IMG/VR virus record: IMGVR_UViG_3300045974_000283
Location: 1-64,000 of that record
Reading direction: 5' to 3' (one strand)
Source: a virus
Length of the DNA stretch: 64,000 bases
A program made the position numbers and the translations under genes. The notes under the pieces are model-generated. The model did not search any database. It was given only the letters and a program-made list of their open reading frames with translations, and was not told the origin of the DNA. Positions 1-9,310 of this stretch are shown here, one piece after another. Every line of letters begins with the position of its first letter. Position 1 is the first letter of the stretch.

Positions 1-2
1 TC

Positions 3-539
3 ATCGACCTGAACGTCTTGCAGCCCGGCAGTCCCAAGTTGACGGCCGCGTGGATTCGCATGTTCGAGCGCACCGTGGAAGCCAAGACGCTGGCGCAGGA
101 CACGGTCGATGAGATCTACGAAGCCTTGGCCTCCGCCGTGGACTTCAAGGGTTTCAAGTCGACCCTCAACGAGGAGACGACGGAAGCCGCCAAGCGCATC
201 TTCGAGGTGATCCGGAAGACGAAGCACGTTGAGCCCTACTACGTTGCGGCGCTCAAGGACTCGGACTCGATGGATACCATCAAGGCTCTGTGGCCCAAGG
301 GCTCGGCGTGTATCGCGGCAGAGGCCAAGTCTTTGGTCACGGAGTACGCCTGCAAGAACGTGAAGGAACTCTTCGCCGAAGCCTTCTCCTACTACGCCAT
401 CGGCTCGGACCTCCCGAAGCCCGTTGTAGGTCTGGTTGAAGCCTCCATTCAGCGCGCCATCAAACTCCTCCCCGAAGCCATCGCGATGGCAAACGACCGC
501 TCCTCCAAAAACGCTGAAGCCTCAGCATCACTGGATTGA
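3..539 (+). CDS. 5'-truncated protein with a zincin/metallopeptidase-like C-terminal motif
   Basis: The frame is open back to the window edge. YACKNVKELFAEAFSYY resembles the Y-x3-N-x2-E-x-FAE-x-F motif that follows the zinc site in zincin-like phage proteins. Confidence 0.5.
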   Translation: MDLNVLQPGSPKLTAAWIRMFERTVEAKTLAQDTVDEIYEALASAVDFKGFKSTLNEETTEAAKRIFEVIRKTKHVEPYYVAALKDSDSMDTIKALWPKGSACIAAEAKSLVTEYACKNVKELFAEAFSYYAIGSDLPKPVVGLVEASIQRAIKLLPEAIAMANDRSSKNAEASASLD

Positions 540-544
540 ACATC

Positions 545-1129
545 ATGCCCAAGAAAATCTACCCCGCCTCCAACCCTCGCTACAAGCTGGCGATCAAGGA
601 CCAGGAATTCAGCTTCGATGAAGACGGTACGCCGCTCGACCCTTTCAGCAGTGCGACGCCGCCTTCGTTCATCGTCGAGCACAGCCAGAACCCCAAGACC
701 AAGGTCGAATCGGTTCAACTCACATTCGTGGGCGGGACGGCCATCCAGGGTCTGATGGAAGTCCTCAACGGTTTCATGAACTGCCGCATCGAGGAGATGC
801 CCGTCATCTGGACGCACATCATGGACGCGCTGGAATTCGGCAAGCTCATCAAGAATCAGCCGCTCGCGCACGGCAAGCCCGCTGGGATGCAAGTCATCCA
901 GGAAGACGCGATGGTCCCGATGGAGATCGTTCCACAGCCGACGGTTCTGTTCGGGGTTCCGGCCGCGCTTCACGAAGCGGTCCACAAGGTCGTGGTCGAA
1001 GACCTGACCCCGCCTTTCTACCGACCCTTCACAGCCCTCGTTGCGTTTCCCAACGGCAAGACGCGTGAACAGTGGCTCGTTGGTTCGCCGGGCAACTTCA
1101 TGCCCTTCTCAGATACGCAAGGCTCTTGA
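545..1129 (+). CDS. hypothetical protein
   Basis: ATG just after the upstream stop, GC3-rich codons, no family recognised. Confidence 0.7.
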   Translation: MPKKIYPASNPRYKLAIKDQEFSFDEDGTPLDPFSSATPPSFIVEHSQNPKTKVESVQLTFVGGTAIQGLMEVLNGFMNCRIEEMPVIWTHIMDALEFGKLIKNQPLAHGKPAGMQVIQEDAMVPMEIVPQPTVLFGVPAALHEAVHKVVVEDLTPPFYRPFTALVAFPNGKTREQWLVGSPGNFMPFSDTQGS

Positions 1130-1131
1130 CC

Positions 1132-1803
1132 ATGCGAAACCCCACTCCCAAGCGGGTCGTCTTCCTCTGCGGCCCCGGCGCCTCAGGCAAAGGTACGATT
1201 CTGAAGGAACTGAAGGCCGAACTCGGCGACCAAGTGATGCTCTTCCCGTCCACGAATCGTGCAGCGGCTGATCAGGCAGGATTCAACAGCGAGAAGGAGA
1301 TGCTGTCGTTGACGCCGCGTGACCACACGAAGGTTCAGGTCGGCATCTATCGTTTCTACCGTGAGGCGCTGTCCAAGGCACTCACGGACTTCCGCAAGTC
1401 AACGGCTGAGATTCTGGTAACCGAGCGCAGCCCGGTTGATTATCTCGCGTACATCGACATGATTCGTGATCACGGTTCGCTGACCGCCGCTGAGCTTCTG
1501 GCGTATGGCATCCAGAACTACAAGGAGATTCATCAGCGCAACTTCGACACGTTCACGGTCATGCTGCCTTGGCCTGTTCCGTGGTCCGGTTCTGCTCAGA
1601 CGCAAGACGGGTTTCGGCATGTTGATTCCTCGAAGGAGACTGCGCTGCACCTTAGCGGGTTGAACTTCGCATCTATCCTGGCCCGCACTCCGCACTGGAT
1701 TCATTTCGGGTATATGGACGCCGAAACTCTTTCTGTTGACGCCCGAATCTCATGGCTCTGCAAGAGTTTGGGAATCGCCCTGCCACTGAAACCTGAGCTG
1801 TAA
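1132..1803 (+). CDS. P-loop nucleotide kinase / AAA_28-like ATPase
   Basis: N-terminal VVFLCGPGASGKGT (Walker A) and LVTERSPVDYLAY (DRS-x-xD-x-xAY type motif of dNMP-kinase/AAA_28 proteins). ATG at 1132 follows the upstream stop. Confidence 0.75.
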   Translation: MRNPTPKRVVFLCGPGASGKGTILKELKAELGDQVMLFPSTNRAAADQAGFNSEKEMLSLTPRDHTKVQVGIYRFYREALSKALTDFRKSTAEILVTERSPVDYLAYIDMIRDHGSLTAAELLAYGIQNYKEIHQRNFDTFTVMLPWPVPWSGSAQTQDGFRHVDSSKETALHLSGLNFASILARTPHWIHFGYMDAETLSVDARISWLCKSLGIALPLKPEL

Positions 1804-1853
1804 ATGGCGGTTATGTAGGATTTCCCGAGTATCCCCAAATCTATGGAAAACGA

Positions 1854-1912
1854 GGGTATTTTGGAGCCTGCGGGCAAACCCTGCTGGAGCCCAAAAACCC
1901 TCCAAAATACCC
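1854..1912. repeat. 13-bp perfect inverted repeat with 33-bp spacer
   Basis: GGGTATTTTGGAG (1854-1866) and CTCCAAAATACCC (1900-1912), directly upstream of a promoter. Confidence 0.8.
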
Positions 1913-1913
1913 C

Positions 1914-1942
1914 TTGTGGATGCAGAAAAAGAGGGGTATAAT
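1914..1942 (+). promoter_or_regulatory. sigma70-like promoter
   Basis: TTGTGG (1914-1919), 17-nt spacer, TATAAT (1937-1942) in an intergenic region. Confidence 0.7.
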
Positions 1943-1987
1943 GGGGTCGTAGGCTTCCTACAATCAACCCAAACCAAGGCACCCAAA

Positions 1988-2284
1988 ATGCACCAAGCAC
2001 AAACGCCCCTCAGCACCCTGTCCGCCGCCGCCATGCAAGCTCACCGCGAGCTCACTCTGGCTTCGCTCTGCCAGAAGGCTTCGGCCTTCGTGCCCATCGG
2101 CGAAACCCGTCGGGCGCGTGAGCAGTCCAGCCCGGTGGCAATGGCATCCAGCAAGGTGGTCAGCACCAAGACGTCCGCCTCGACAACCAATCACGTCGCT
2201 CACTTCGAGTACGCTGACGGCTCCAGCGAGACGTTCGACGGTCGGGTCTGGGCCAAAACTGCGGCACCCAAAACCGCAAACTGA
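1988..2284 (+). CDS. hypothetical protein
   Basis: First ORF after the promoter; ATG at 1988. Confidence 0.65.
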   Translation: MHQAQTPLSTLSAAAMQAHRELTLASLCQKASAFVPIGETRRAREQSSPVAMASSKVVSTKTSASTTNHVAHFEYADGSSETFDGRVWAKTAAPKTAN

Positions 2285-2296
2285 TCATCAACACCA

Positions 2297-2312
2297 CGGG
2301 GCTTCGGCCCCG
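2297..2312 (+). terminator. C(UUCG)G tetraloop hairpin (stabiliser or weak terminator)
   Basis: CGGGGC-TTCG-GCCCCG between two genes; no poly-U tail. Confidence 0.5.
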
Positions 2313-2338
2313 TTCGCACCCTCACTAAGGAGTTCATC

Positions 2339-2569
2339 ATGTCAAACGGCCAATCTGGTGGATACCAGTCGATCAAGGACTTCAGCCGGGCCTTCCCGGA
2401 AGAAGGCTCCGCCATGTGCATCACCATGCGTGATTCACAGTCGCGTCGCGTGGTGGACGTTCGCTACTTCTGCGGCAACGACGACAGGACTTGGGTGGCG
2501 AACCACCTCACGGCGTGGACCTACGTCAACGGATACACAGCGACCATCGAAATGGTCCGGATTCCCTGA
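2339..2569 (+). CDS. small hypothetical protein
   Basis: AAGGAG RBS upstream; 76 aa. Confidence 0.75.
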   Translation: MSNGQSGGYQSIKDFSRAFPEEGSAMCITMRDSQSRRVVDVRYFCGNDDRTWVANHLTAWTYVNGYTATIEMVRIP

Positions 2570-2592
2570 TTCAGCCGAGCAAGGAGACAACC

Positions 2593-3057
2593 ATGCTCAG
2601 AATCGCAACGGTGAAAACGGCAGACCTCAATCTGCCTTTCCCTGACGGCTCGGGTATTGAGCCCACAACGGCCGAGCGCTACATCTTCGCGCTTCGCAAG
2701 CGCTTCGGATTGGAGGCCACCGCCAAAACCCGTTTCCATCGTCTCATCTGGGAAGAGCAGGTCATCGCTCATCTTCTCAGCAAGGGTTGGCTCCCAACGA
2801 GCGTTCCGTTGTTCCACGACGGTCCCGCTTTCGAGGGTTCCTCGTTCTCTCGTACCGTCTCGATGATCAAGCCGAACGGCGTCGCCGTTTATGTCTGGTT
2901 CAACACTGCACTCGCACCAAAGCACCCGCATCATGAAAACAACTCCCGTCACCAATCAGCTCAGCTCGTACACGGTAAGCCGTCTCAAGACGCTGGACTT
3001 GGTCAACCTGAAGCGGCTTTATCTGCGCGCGAAAGAGGCCTACTACAATTCGACTGA
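2593..3057 (+). CDS. hypothetical protein
   Basis: AAGGAG RBS before ATG 2593; the 3' end overlaps the ligase start by about 125 nt. Confidence 0.65.
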   Translation: MLRIATVKTADLNLPFPDGSGIEPTTAERYIFALRKRFGLEATAKTRFHRLIWEEQVIAHLLSKGWLPTSVPLFHDGPAFEGSSFSRTVSMIKPNGVAVYVWFNTALAPKHPHHENNSRHQSAQLVHGKPSQDAGLGQPEAALSARERGLLQFD

Positions 3058-4918
3058 TGGCGTTGTCCGCATGTCGGACAAGGTGTTCGACGCCCTTGAA
3101 GCCCTCATCAAGGACGAGGACCCGAAGTGGTCTGGCTTAAAGAAGGTCGGCGCTCCTGTCAAGACAGTCGTGGGCAAGAAGGTCGAGCGCACTCTTCCGG
3201 TGCCAATGGCCTCACTCAACAAGGTGAAGGCCGACGCTGGCCCGAACGCTCTGCGTCTGCGTCTGGCTCAGTTCACAGGCAACAAGGTCGTCATCGGCCC
3301 GAAGTACGATGGCTCCGCTGTTCAGGGCTCCTACGTTCTCGGCAAGCTGACCGCCCTGAACACTCGTGGCAACGGCACCCTCGGCAAGTCGCTCGATCAC
3401 TTCATCACGCATCTGGGCGGCGCTTTGCCCACGACCCTGCCGACGAAGTGGACCGGCATCGTGCGCTGCGAAGCCATCGTTCCGCTGTCCGTGTGGAAGG
3501 CCAAGTACAGCAAGGAATTTGAGACCGCTCGCGCCATGTCGTCGGCCATTCTCAACCGTCAAGACGTCCACCCGGCGCTGACAGCAGGCGATGTCCATTT
3601 TGTGGTTTTGCGCGTTCTCAGCGATGGCCCCACGCGAATAATCCCGTCCATCAGCGACGGTCTGGCGAAGGCCGCTCGCCTTGGGTTTCATGCTGCCTCT
3701 TGGGTTGACTACACCAAGGCCGAAGTTACTCACGAGCTTCTGGTTCGCATGGCATCCATGTCCGAAGACTGGGACGTTGACTATCGCCTGGACGGCCTCG
3801 TGGTGTTCCAGGATCACGTGAACCTGCGCTGCACGGCCACGAACCCCGCCTACGGGTTCGCGTTCAAGCTCGACGAGGACGAGGACGAAGCGGCTCAAGC
3901 CACAATCCTCAGCATCGAGCACTCGGTCACGCGTACGAAGCGCGTCGTGCCTGTCGCCATTCTGACGCCGACCGTGTTCGACGACGGCACGACGGTGTCA
4001 CGCGCCACGCTGAACAACGTTCCGTGGGCTCGCGACCAGAAGGCTGGTGTCGGCTCGGTCGTCAGCGTCATACGTGGCGGGGAAATCATCCCCAAGGTAA
4101 TCGCGGTCAAGACGCCGAAACCCTACGCTGTGCCTACGGCGGCCAGCCTCGGCGTCGTGTCAGTCGCCATCCAGGGCAAAGACATGGTCGTAGTGGACAT
4201 CGGCGAAGGTGACGTTGCCCTCAACGTGCGTGAGCAAGCCTTCTCGTTCGCCATCAAGACGATCGGCATGAAACATCTGGCTGGCAGCGCAGCGGTCACG
4301 CTGGCCGAGGTCTACGAAGACCCGCTGGAAATGATCGCCGACTTCTACCGTCCGGGCGTGTTCGAGGAGAAGGTCAAGGACACCATCGGCGTGAAGACAG
4401 CGCGGCGCGCACTGACTACGTTGCCCAAAACCATTCCGCTGTGGAAGCTGATGCGCGCATCCGGCGTGTTCGGCAAAGGTCTGGGGTCCACGCTCCTGGA
4501 GCGCCTGTTCACCACAGCGCCGACTTCGGCACGGAAGGTCGGCAGCAAGTTCCAAGTGACCTACTCGCGCGCGAAGGCCATCGAGGTTCTCGGTCCGGTG
4601 GCTGGCACGAACTACGCTGACAAGGAAGACGCGTTCTACACCATGTATCTGGGGATGGACTTCGACATCCCGTTGGATCGCACGGTGGCAGCGGCCAAAA
4701 CCGTGGTCAGCGGTCGCCTGACCGGAAAGGTCTTCTGCTTCACGGGCTACCGCGACTTCGCTCAGAAGACCCACATCGAGTCCCTCGGTGGCGTCGTGTC
4801 GGACAAGTTCGACAAGAGCGTAACGCACCTGCTCCATCGCGAAGGCGGTCGGGCATCCACCAAGCTGGAAAAGGCACGGGCCTCCGGCATCTCTGTTCTC
4901 ACCTTCACGCAAGTCTGA
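2933..4918 (+). CDS. ligA: NAD-dependent DNA ligase
   Basis: Motif I GPKYDGS (adenylated Lys), DGLVV and FAFKL motifs, OB-fold VTRTKRVVPVAILTP and SRATLNN, RGGEIIPKV, C-terminal BRCT (LTGKVFCFTGYRD...VTHLL). Confidence 0.93.
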   Translation: MKTTPVTNQLSSYTVSRLKTLDLVNLKRLYLRAKEAYYNSTDGVVRMSDKVFDALEALIKDEDPKWSGLKKVGAPVKTVVGKKVERTLPVPMASLNKVKADAGPNALRLRLAQFTGNKVVIGPKYDGSAVQGSYVLGKLTALNTRGNGTLGKSLDHFITHLGGALPTTLPTKWTGIVRCEAIVPLSVWKAKYSKEFETARAMSSAILNRQDVHPALTAGDVHFVVLRVLSDGPTRIIPSISDGLAKAARLGFHAASWVDYTKAEVTHELLVRMASMSEDWDVDYRLDGLVVFQDHVNLRCTATNPAYGFAFKLDEDEDEAAQATILSIEHSVTRTKRVVPVAILTPTVFDDGTTVSRATLNNVPWARDQKAGVGSVVSVIRGGEIIPKVIAVKTPKPYAVPTAASLGVVSVAIQGKDMVVVDIGEGDVALNVREQAFSFAIKTIGMKHLAGSAAVTLAEVYEDPLEMIADFYRPGVFEEKVKDTIGVKTARRALTTLPKTIPLWKLMRASGVFGKGLGSTLLERLFTTAPTSARKVGSKFQVTYSRAKAIEVLGPVAGTNYADKEDAFYTMYLGMDFDIPLDRTVAAAKTVVSGRLTGKVFCFTGYRDFAQKTHIESLGGVVSDKFDKSVTHLLHREGGRASTKLEKARASGISVLTFTQV

Positions 4919-4929
4919 AAGTCATCACC

Positions 4930-5463
4930 ATGCAACACGCCCTCAACTACATCCGCAACCTTATTGCCCGTTCTGAAGCGCGGCGAGGCGAGGAGGTCGC
5001 GCAGAGCCCGACACTCTACAAGCCGAAGCCGAAGCCGGAGCAGAAGCCCGCGCCTGCACCGACGGTCCGCTTCGTGAACCTTGAAGGCTTCCAGCTCGCA
5101 ATCGATCAAGCCGCGTACTCCGTCTCCCGGTCGGTGATCGCGAAGCAAGCCTTCGTTCTCTTCTGCGAGGGCGAGGGCGTCATCCGCTGGGGACAGCGCG
5201 GCCCAAACCTGAAAGAGCTCCTTGGACAGGTCATCGCCGAGCGAATGATCTTTCTGACTGACGGCGCATCCGGAGAGTTCTACGCTGGCGCATGGATGCA
5301 CGATCTGGAATGCCGACTGGCGCTGGCTCAGGCTTTGTGGCCTCTCGGCTTCAAGACCGAATACAAGTCCTATACGGCCGAAGACTTGGGGTCGTCGTCG
5401 CAGCATATCTGCATCACGCTCCGCACCGACAACGGAGCAAAGTTCAACTCGGCGAATATCTGA
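4930..5463 (+). CDS. hypothetical protein
   Basis: 177-aa ORF, tight spacing, typical codon use. Confidence 0.7.
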   Translation: MQHALNYIRNLIARSEARRGEEVAQSPTLYKPKPKPEQKPAPAPTVRFVNLEGFQLAIDQAAYSVSRSVIAKQAFVLFCEGEGVIRWGQRGPNLKELLGQVIAERMIFLTDGASGEFYAGAWMHDLECRLALAQALWPLGFKTEYKSYTAEDLGSSSQHICITLRTDNGAKFNSANI

Positions 5464-5465
5464 CC

Positions 5466-5750
5466 ATGTCGCCGTCACAACGCATGACCCTCGCGTACTT
5501 CCTGCGCGAGCGCCGACGGTGGCGTCGCATCCGTGCAAAGCAGAAGGTTCTCCCCACCGAGAACTTCTTCACCAACGACTGGCTCCGTGGATACGCGGAT
5601 ATGTACAAGAAAGAGGCTTCCAATGTTCCGAAACCAAAACCCCAAGTCGCTCACTCCGTCACGACTGTCCCCTTCCGCCTTTCGGCCCGTGAACGCCTTG
5701 GCGGCGATCAGTGGGGTCGTCACCCGTGGCTTCCGCTCTGTGACCTCTGA
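5466..5750 (+). CDS. hypothetical basic protein
   Basis: ATG 2 nt after the upstream stop; fills the gene gap. Confidence 0.6.
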   Translation: MSPSQRMTLAYFLRERRRWRRIRAKQKVLPTENFFTNDWLRGYADMYKKEASNVPKPKPQVAHSVTTVPFRLSARERLGGDQWGRHPWLPLCDL

Positions 5751-5751
5751 A

Positions 5752-5973
5752 ATGGCCGGGCTGGCTCTCCGTCTCATGTGGTGGCTGGACAACTTCCTGG
5801 AGTTCGCTTGGCTGCTCGTTTGCATCCTGTGGACGCTCACCTGGACAGCCGTCGTCAGCTTCTTGGTGGCCTTCTTCCTGGTGCAGGCACCTACTGGATC
5901 GGAGCTGACCGGCATGGCTGCGTTCACCATCCTCTGGTTCCTGGTGGCCTTTCAACGCTTCACCCGCTATTGA
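5752..5973 (+). CDS. small membrane protein
   Basis: Two hydrophobic helices; ATG right after the upstream stop. Confidence 0.65.
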   Translation: MAGLALRLMWWLDNFLEFAWLLVCILWTLTWTAVVSFLVAFFLVQAPTGSELTGMAAFTILWFLVAFQRFTRY

Positions 5974-5981
5974 GGTTCATC

Positions 5982-6266
5982 ATGAAAATCAAACCGCTGG
6001 AATGGTCCCGTGAGCACACACTCGGGCGCGGACGCAGGGTTGAGATCTCGATCGAGGCCCGCACTTCTGTGGGCGACTACAAGATTTCCTGGTTCGGTGG
6101 CGAACAGCCCCGGTACTTCGAGGTTGATCTTCCGTTCCGCGAGGCCGAACGCTTGAAAACGCCTTCAAGCTGGGCGGAATCTTTGGATGAAGCCAAGGAA
6201 TTGGCATCGAAACACTACGAGACGGACATCTTGGCCTGCATCGAACAACCCGTCACCACTGAATAG
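5982..6266 (+). CDS. phage hypothetical protein (KPLEW...EAK type)
   Basis: GAGG RBS. The N-terminal IKPLEW and C-terminal SLDEAKELASKHYE pattern is common in phage accessory ORFs. Confidence 0.7.
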   Translation: MKIKPLEWSREHTLGRGRRVEISIEARTSVGDYKISWFGGEQPRYFEVDLPFREAERLKTPSSWAESLDEAKELASKHYETDILACIEQPVTTE

Positions 6267-6275
6267 GATTCCATC

Positions 6276-6470
6276 ATGTTCTTCGCTACCCTACTTCACA
6301 TTCTCGTCGTTGCCTTATTCGTTCTGGGCTGCATCTTTGGTCTGATGGCTGCGATCGGTTCGTCCGGCTTCTGTGAACACTATCGCAACAAACTGGCTCT
6401 TCTCAGCCTCTTCTGTTTCGCCATGTGTGGCACCGTATCGCGCATCGTTTCGCACCAGACCGCCCTGTAA
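6276..6470 (+). CDS. small membrane protein
   Basis: AGGA RBS; two TM-like segments. Confidence 0.7.
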   Translation: MFFATLLHILVVALFVLGCIFGLMAAIGSSGFCEHYRNKLALLSLFCFAMCGTVSRIVSHQTAL

Positions 6471-6521
6471 ATACTAGGGCAACACCGTCATACTTCACTT
6501 GTCACCATCACAGGAATCATC

Positions 6522-6809
6522 ATGTCACTTTCAATCGAAGCGGGCGTCGCGAACGATCTCGCGGTGAACCGCCGCAAGCACCTCGCTCGCTGGAATCCAG
6601 GCATCGAAAAGCCGCCACACGACCAGACGGTCATCGTGACCGAACTGCTCAACACGCTGTCCCTGACCGGACAAGAGGACCTTGTCTACATCCGCACCCC
6701 TGACGGCCTGCTCCGGCCTCTGCAGGAAGTGCGGATGCACAAGAAGGGCGGGGAAACGCCTGTTCGTGTCGAGATGGAGATCATCCTCGGCGACGTTGTT
6801 CAGGAGTGA
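6522..6809 (+). CDS. hypothetical protein
   Basis: AGGA RBS; 95 aa. Confidence 0.7.
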   Translation: MSLSIEAGVANDLAVNRRKHLARWNPGIEKPPHDQTVIVTELLNTLSLTGQEDLVYIRTPDGLLRPLQEVRMHKKGGETPVRVEMEIILGDVVQE

Positions 6810-6813
6810 CCTG

Positions 6814-7131
6814 ATGTCAACATCCGCTTACTACAACAGCCGCAACAACGTCGCTCAGCTGAATGCGGAGAGCCTCGCTCGTCAGGAGAAGGCTCACACG
6901 AAGGCCCACAGCCAAGGACGGTCGGGTTACTGCGAACTGTGCAGGCTTCCACTCCGAGTCCGAGTCGCAGACTTGCCTCTCTACGGTCGGTACGGTTCGC
7001 CGAGTGACCCGGTAAGGCGCACTCCGCCTCCTGGGTACGACTTCGACAAGAATGGTCCGTACATTCCTTGGGACCCAGATGTCCCTCGCGGGGCGCACGG
7101 ACAACCGCTGTACGGTCTCAAGCCACGCTGA
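6814..7131 (+). CDS. hypothetical protein
   Basis: AGGAG upstream of ATG 6814; CxxC motif. Confidence 0.6.
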   Translation: MSTSAYYNSRNNVAQLNAESLARQEKAHTKAHSQGRSGYCELCRLPLRVRVADLPLYGRYGSPSDPVRRTPPPGYDFDKNGPYIPWDPDVPRGAHGQPLYGLKPR

Positions 7132-7158
7132 TCATCTTCACATCGTCACGGATATTCC

Positions 7159-8232
7159 ATGAACGCACCTCACCTTCGATCACCGACCGTCTGGCTCGCC
7201 AGCGCGGTCACCGCCTCCGGCGTCGGCATGGCCGCGATCGCCGCCGGAGAACGCTCAACCGGGCCGGACACCTGGATGCTGACCATCCTGGCCGTCAGCC
7301 TCGCGCTCGGGGCGCACCTGCTCCCCGGTCTCGTGAAGCGCTCCTTCCCCATGTGGAGCATGTGGGCGGTCTGCGTCTTGATGACGCTGTACGGTCACAC
7401 GCATTTCATCGTGGCTGCACAGATGCGGGCCTCACTCGGCCGGGCTGACATCGTGAAAGCGCAAGACGCTACGCTGGCCGTCCGCGAAGAACTGGACGCC
7501 ATCAAGGCGCGCTCGCGTTCCGAGGTCGCTGCTGACCTTGCGACGCAAACCGCCAAAACCGCAAAGCTGGAAGCGCTGCGTCTGCGCTGCGAAGGCGCTA
7601 CGCCCGGTCAGTGCGGTTCGTCCACCGCGATAGCTCGGGCCTCGGCCGCTCAGGTGGACGCCTTGAAGCTGGAGGCCGCGCAAGCTGAGAAGGCTGACGG
7701 TCTGCGCTCGCGCCTAACGCGTGACGCCGAGCAGCGCGACGACAAGAAGGCCACAGCTCAGGCCGACCCGGTTGACTTGGAGATGTCGCGCCTCGTAGGC
7801 GTTGACCTGCACCGGGTCAACATCTTCATGGCTCTGGCGCAGTCGGTAGCGTTGGAGCTTCTCGGAGCCCTGCTCTGGTGGAGCGCGCTGCGCTCCGATG
7901 AAGATGACGAAGAGGACGCCGAAGACGAGCAAAACCCACGCGATGAGCCTGCGAAACTCGAGACGGAGGGCCGCATCACGTTCGGTGAGTGGATGGCTCG
8001 CAAGACCAAACCGATCGTGTACGCGGGGGATATACAAGATCGTATCATGGAGGCAGCGCGCAATCCGGCGGACGAGCCGAGTGGAACGGTGACGGCTGCA
8101 GATTGGACGGCGGTCACAGGCTCGAACGGCAAGACGACAGCCGCCACTGAGGACTTCCCGGCGATGCCGAGACCAAAGCGAACGACGCCACGCAAGCCCA
8201 AGGTGAAACCCAATAAGGAGATCGCAGTATGA
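7159..8232 (+). CDS. membrane-anchored coiled-coil protein
   Basis: Three N-terminal TM helices, long Ala/Glu/Lys coiled coil, a fourth TM helix, then an acidic patch. Confidence 0.75.
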   Translation: MNAPHLRSPTVWLASAVTASGVGMAAIAAGERSTGPDTWMLTILAVSLALGAHLLPGLVKRSFPMWSMWAVCVLMTLYGHTHFIVAAQMRASLGRADIVKAQDATLAVREELDAIKARSRSEVAADLATQTAKTAKLEALRLRCEGATPGQCGSSTAIARASAAQVDALKLEAAQAEKADGLRSRLTRDAEQRDDKKATAQADPVDLEMSRLVGVDLHRVNIFMALAQSVALELLGALLWWSALRSDEDDEEDAEDEQNPRDEPAKLETEGRITFGEWMARKTKPIVYAGDIQDRIMEAARNPADEPSGTVTAADWTAVTGSNGKTTAATEDFPAMPRPKRTTPRKPKVKPNKEIAV

Positions 8233-8756
8233 CCGCTCAAAAACTTCCGCAACCTCCCATCGGCCAGCGGCCTCCGCCACCTCCGGCTCCACCGCCAGCT
8301 CCTTCGCCGTTGAAGGGCGCTCGCTTTCGTGCCTGTCAATCGTGCGCAGGAACAGGCTTCTTGATGCACACCGAACACGCGGGCTCGCCGTGCGAAGAGT
8401 GCAAGTCCACAGGATCGGCGAAGCCCACCGTGGCTTCAGGCAACGAAGTCAAGTCCTACGCAACGGCAGACGACGTCTACTGGCGACACGAGAAGCCGAA
8501 GCGCACTGACCAGACGATGCTTCTGCTTACGACCGGTGAGGTGATGACGAGCGGTCAGTGGGTCGGCGAGTTCGGCGAGTTCTTTGTTGGATGGAGCCCG
8601 ATGCCGAAGATCGACAAGGGTGAACTCGCGGCCGCACAAAACCGCGCAAAGCTCGCGCGTCTAGCCCGGCTTCTCAGTCAGCAGGAAGCGTCCGCAGTTC
8701 CCGATCCGATTCTTGAAGCGCAGATTGCGGCGGTGACGGCGCGACCGCCCCGCTAG
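8229..8756 (+). CDS. Pro-rich protein with DnaJ-type Zn finger and DUF551-like segment
   Basis: CQSCAGTG and CEECKSTG repeats; LLLTTGEV...GQW...WSPMPK segment. Confidence 0.6.
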   Translation: MTAQKLPQPPIGQRPPPPPAPPPAPSPLKGARFRACQSCAGTGFLMHTEHAGSPCEECKSTGSAKPTVASGNEVKSYATADDVYWRHEKPKRTDQTMLLLTTGEVMTSGQWVGEFGEFFVGWSPMPKIDKGELAAAQNRAKLARLARLLSQQEASAVPDPILEAQIAAVTARPPR

Positions 8757-8784
8757 GGGGAGGCGGTGTTGCGCTGGCGCTACG

Positions 8785-8845
8785 GTCTAAATAGTTCTAA
8801 AAAGTTCTAAATAGCGCTTGCAATGGCGCTGTCTAGGCGTATAAT
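8785..8845 (+). promoter_or_regulatory. sigma70-like promoter with three upstream 10-bp repeats
   Basis: TTGCAA (8818-8823), 16-nt spacer, TATAAT (8840-8845), preceded by GTCTAAATAG/TTCTAAAAAG/TTCTAAATAG. Confidence 0.75.
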
Positions 8846-8919
8846 GAACTCATGGGCAGCTAACAATCAACCCGCCGCCCATGCTTCAACAACCCGCACC
8901 CGCACCTAGGAGTTTTACC

Positions 8920-9228
8920 ATGTCCAAGCTCGCACTCGTTCAGATCAACGCTTCCACCGCTTTCAACGTGTCCTTCCGCGCCCGCAAGGTTCACACCGTC
9001 GTGGCTGGCGTCACGGTCAACAGCGCCAAAATCGCCCGTCCTTCGGGTCACGAGCGGTTCCAAACCCTCGGTGACCTCGTCATCACCCCGGCCCCGAAAA
9101 AGGGCTTCGTCGCTCTGGCTCGCGACGCCGGTCGCAACGTGGCGGTCGAGGTCGCTCGCGGTGAGACCGAGGACATTGTGTTCGAGAAGGCTGTCAAGGC
9201 CACTTGGGCCAAGCACGTCACCGCGTAA
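8920..9228 (+). CDS. hypothetical protein (first gene after promoter)
   Basis: AGGAG RBS; followed by a strong terminator. Confidence 0.8.
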   Translation: MSKLALVQINASTAFNVSFRARKVHTVVAGVTVNSAKIARPSGHERFQTLGDLVITPAPKKGFVALARDAGRNVAVEVARGETEDIVFEKAVKATWAKHVTA

Positions 9229-9247
9229 TTCGCGCGGTCCACAACCT

Positions 9248-9270
9248 GGGGAGCTTCGGCTCCCCTTTTT
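9248..9270 (+). terminator. rho-independent terminator
   Basis: GGGGAGC-TTCG-GCTCCCC-TTTTT. Confidence 0.85.
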
Positions 9271-9310
9271 CGTTTCTACCCCGCACCCGCAATCGCACAA
9301 GGAGTTCATC

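Noticed and set aside
975-1000. HEAVH (HExxH) in ORF 545..1129 as a metallopeptidase site
   Set aside because: Isolated motif near the C-terminus with no supporting zincin context.
1072-1131. Longer upstream starts given by the ORF track (e.g. 1072, 2891, 12290, 55149, 57651)
   Set aside because: Downstream ATGs have better RBSs and avoid long overlaps.
1132-1803. P-loop kinase as evidence of a hypermodified-base pathway
   Set aside because: No accompanying dNMP hydroxymethylase, hmU kinase or transferase genes recognised in the window.
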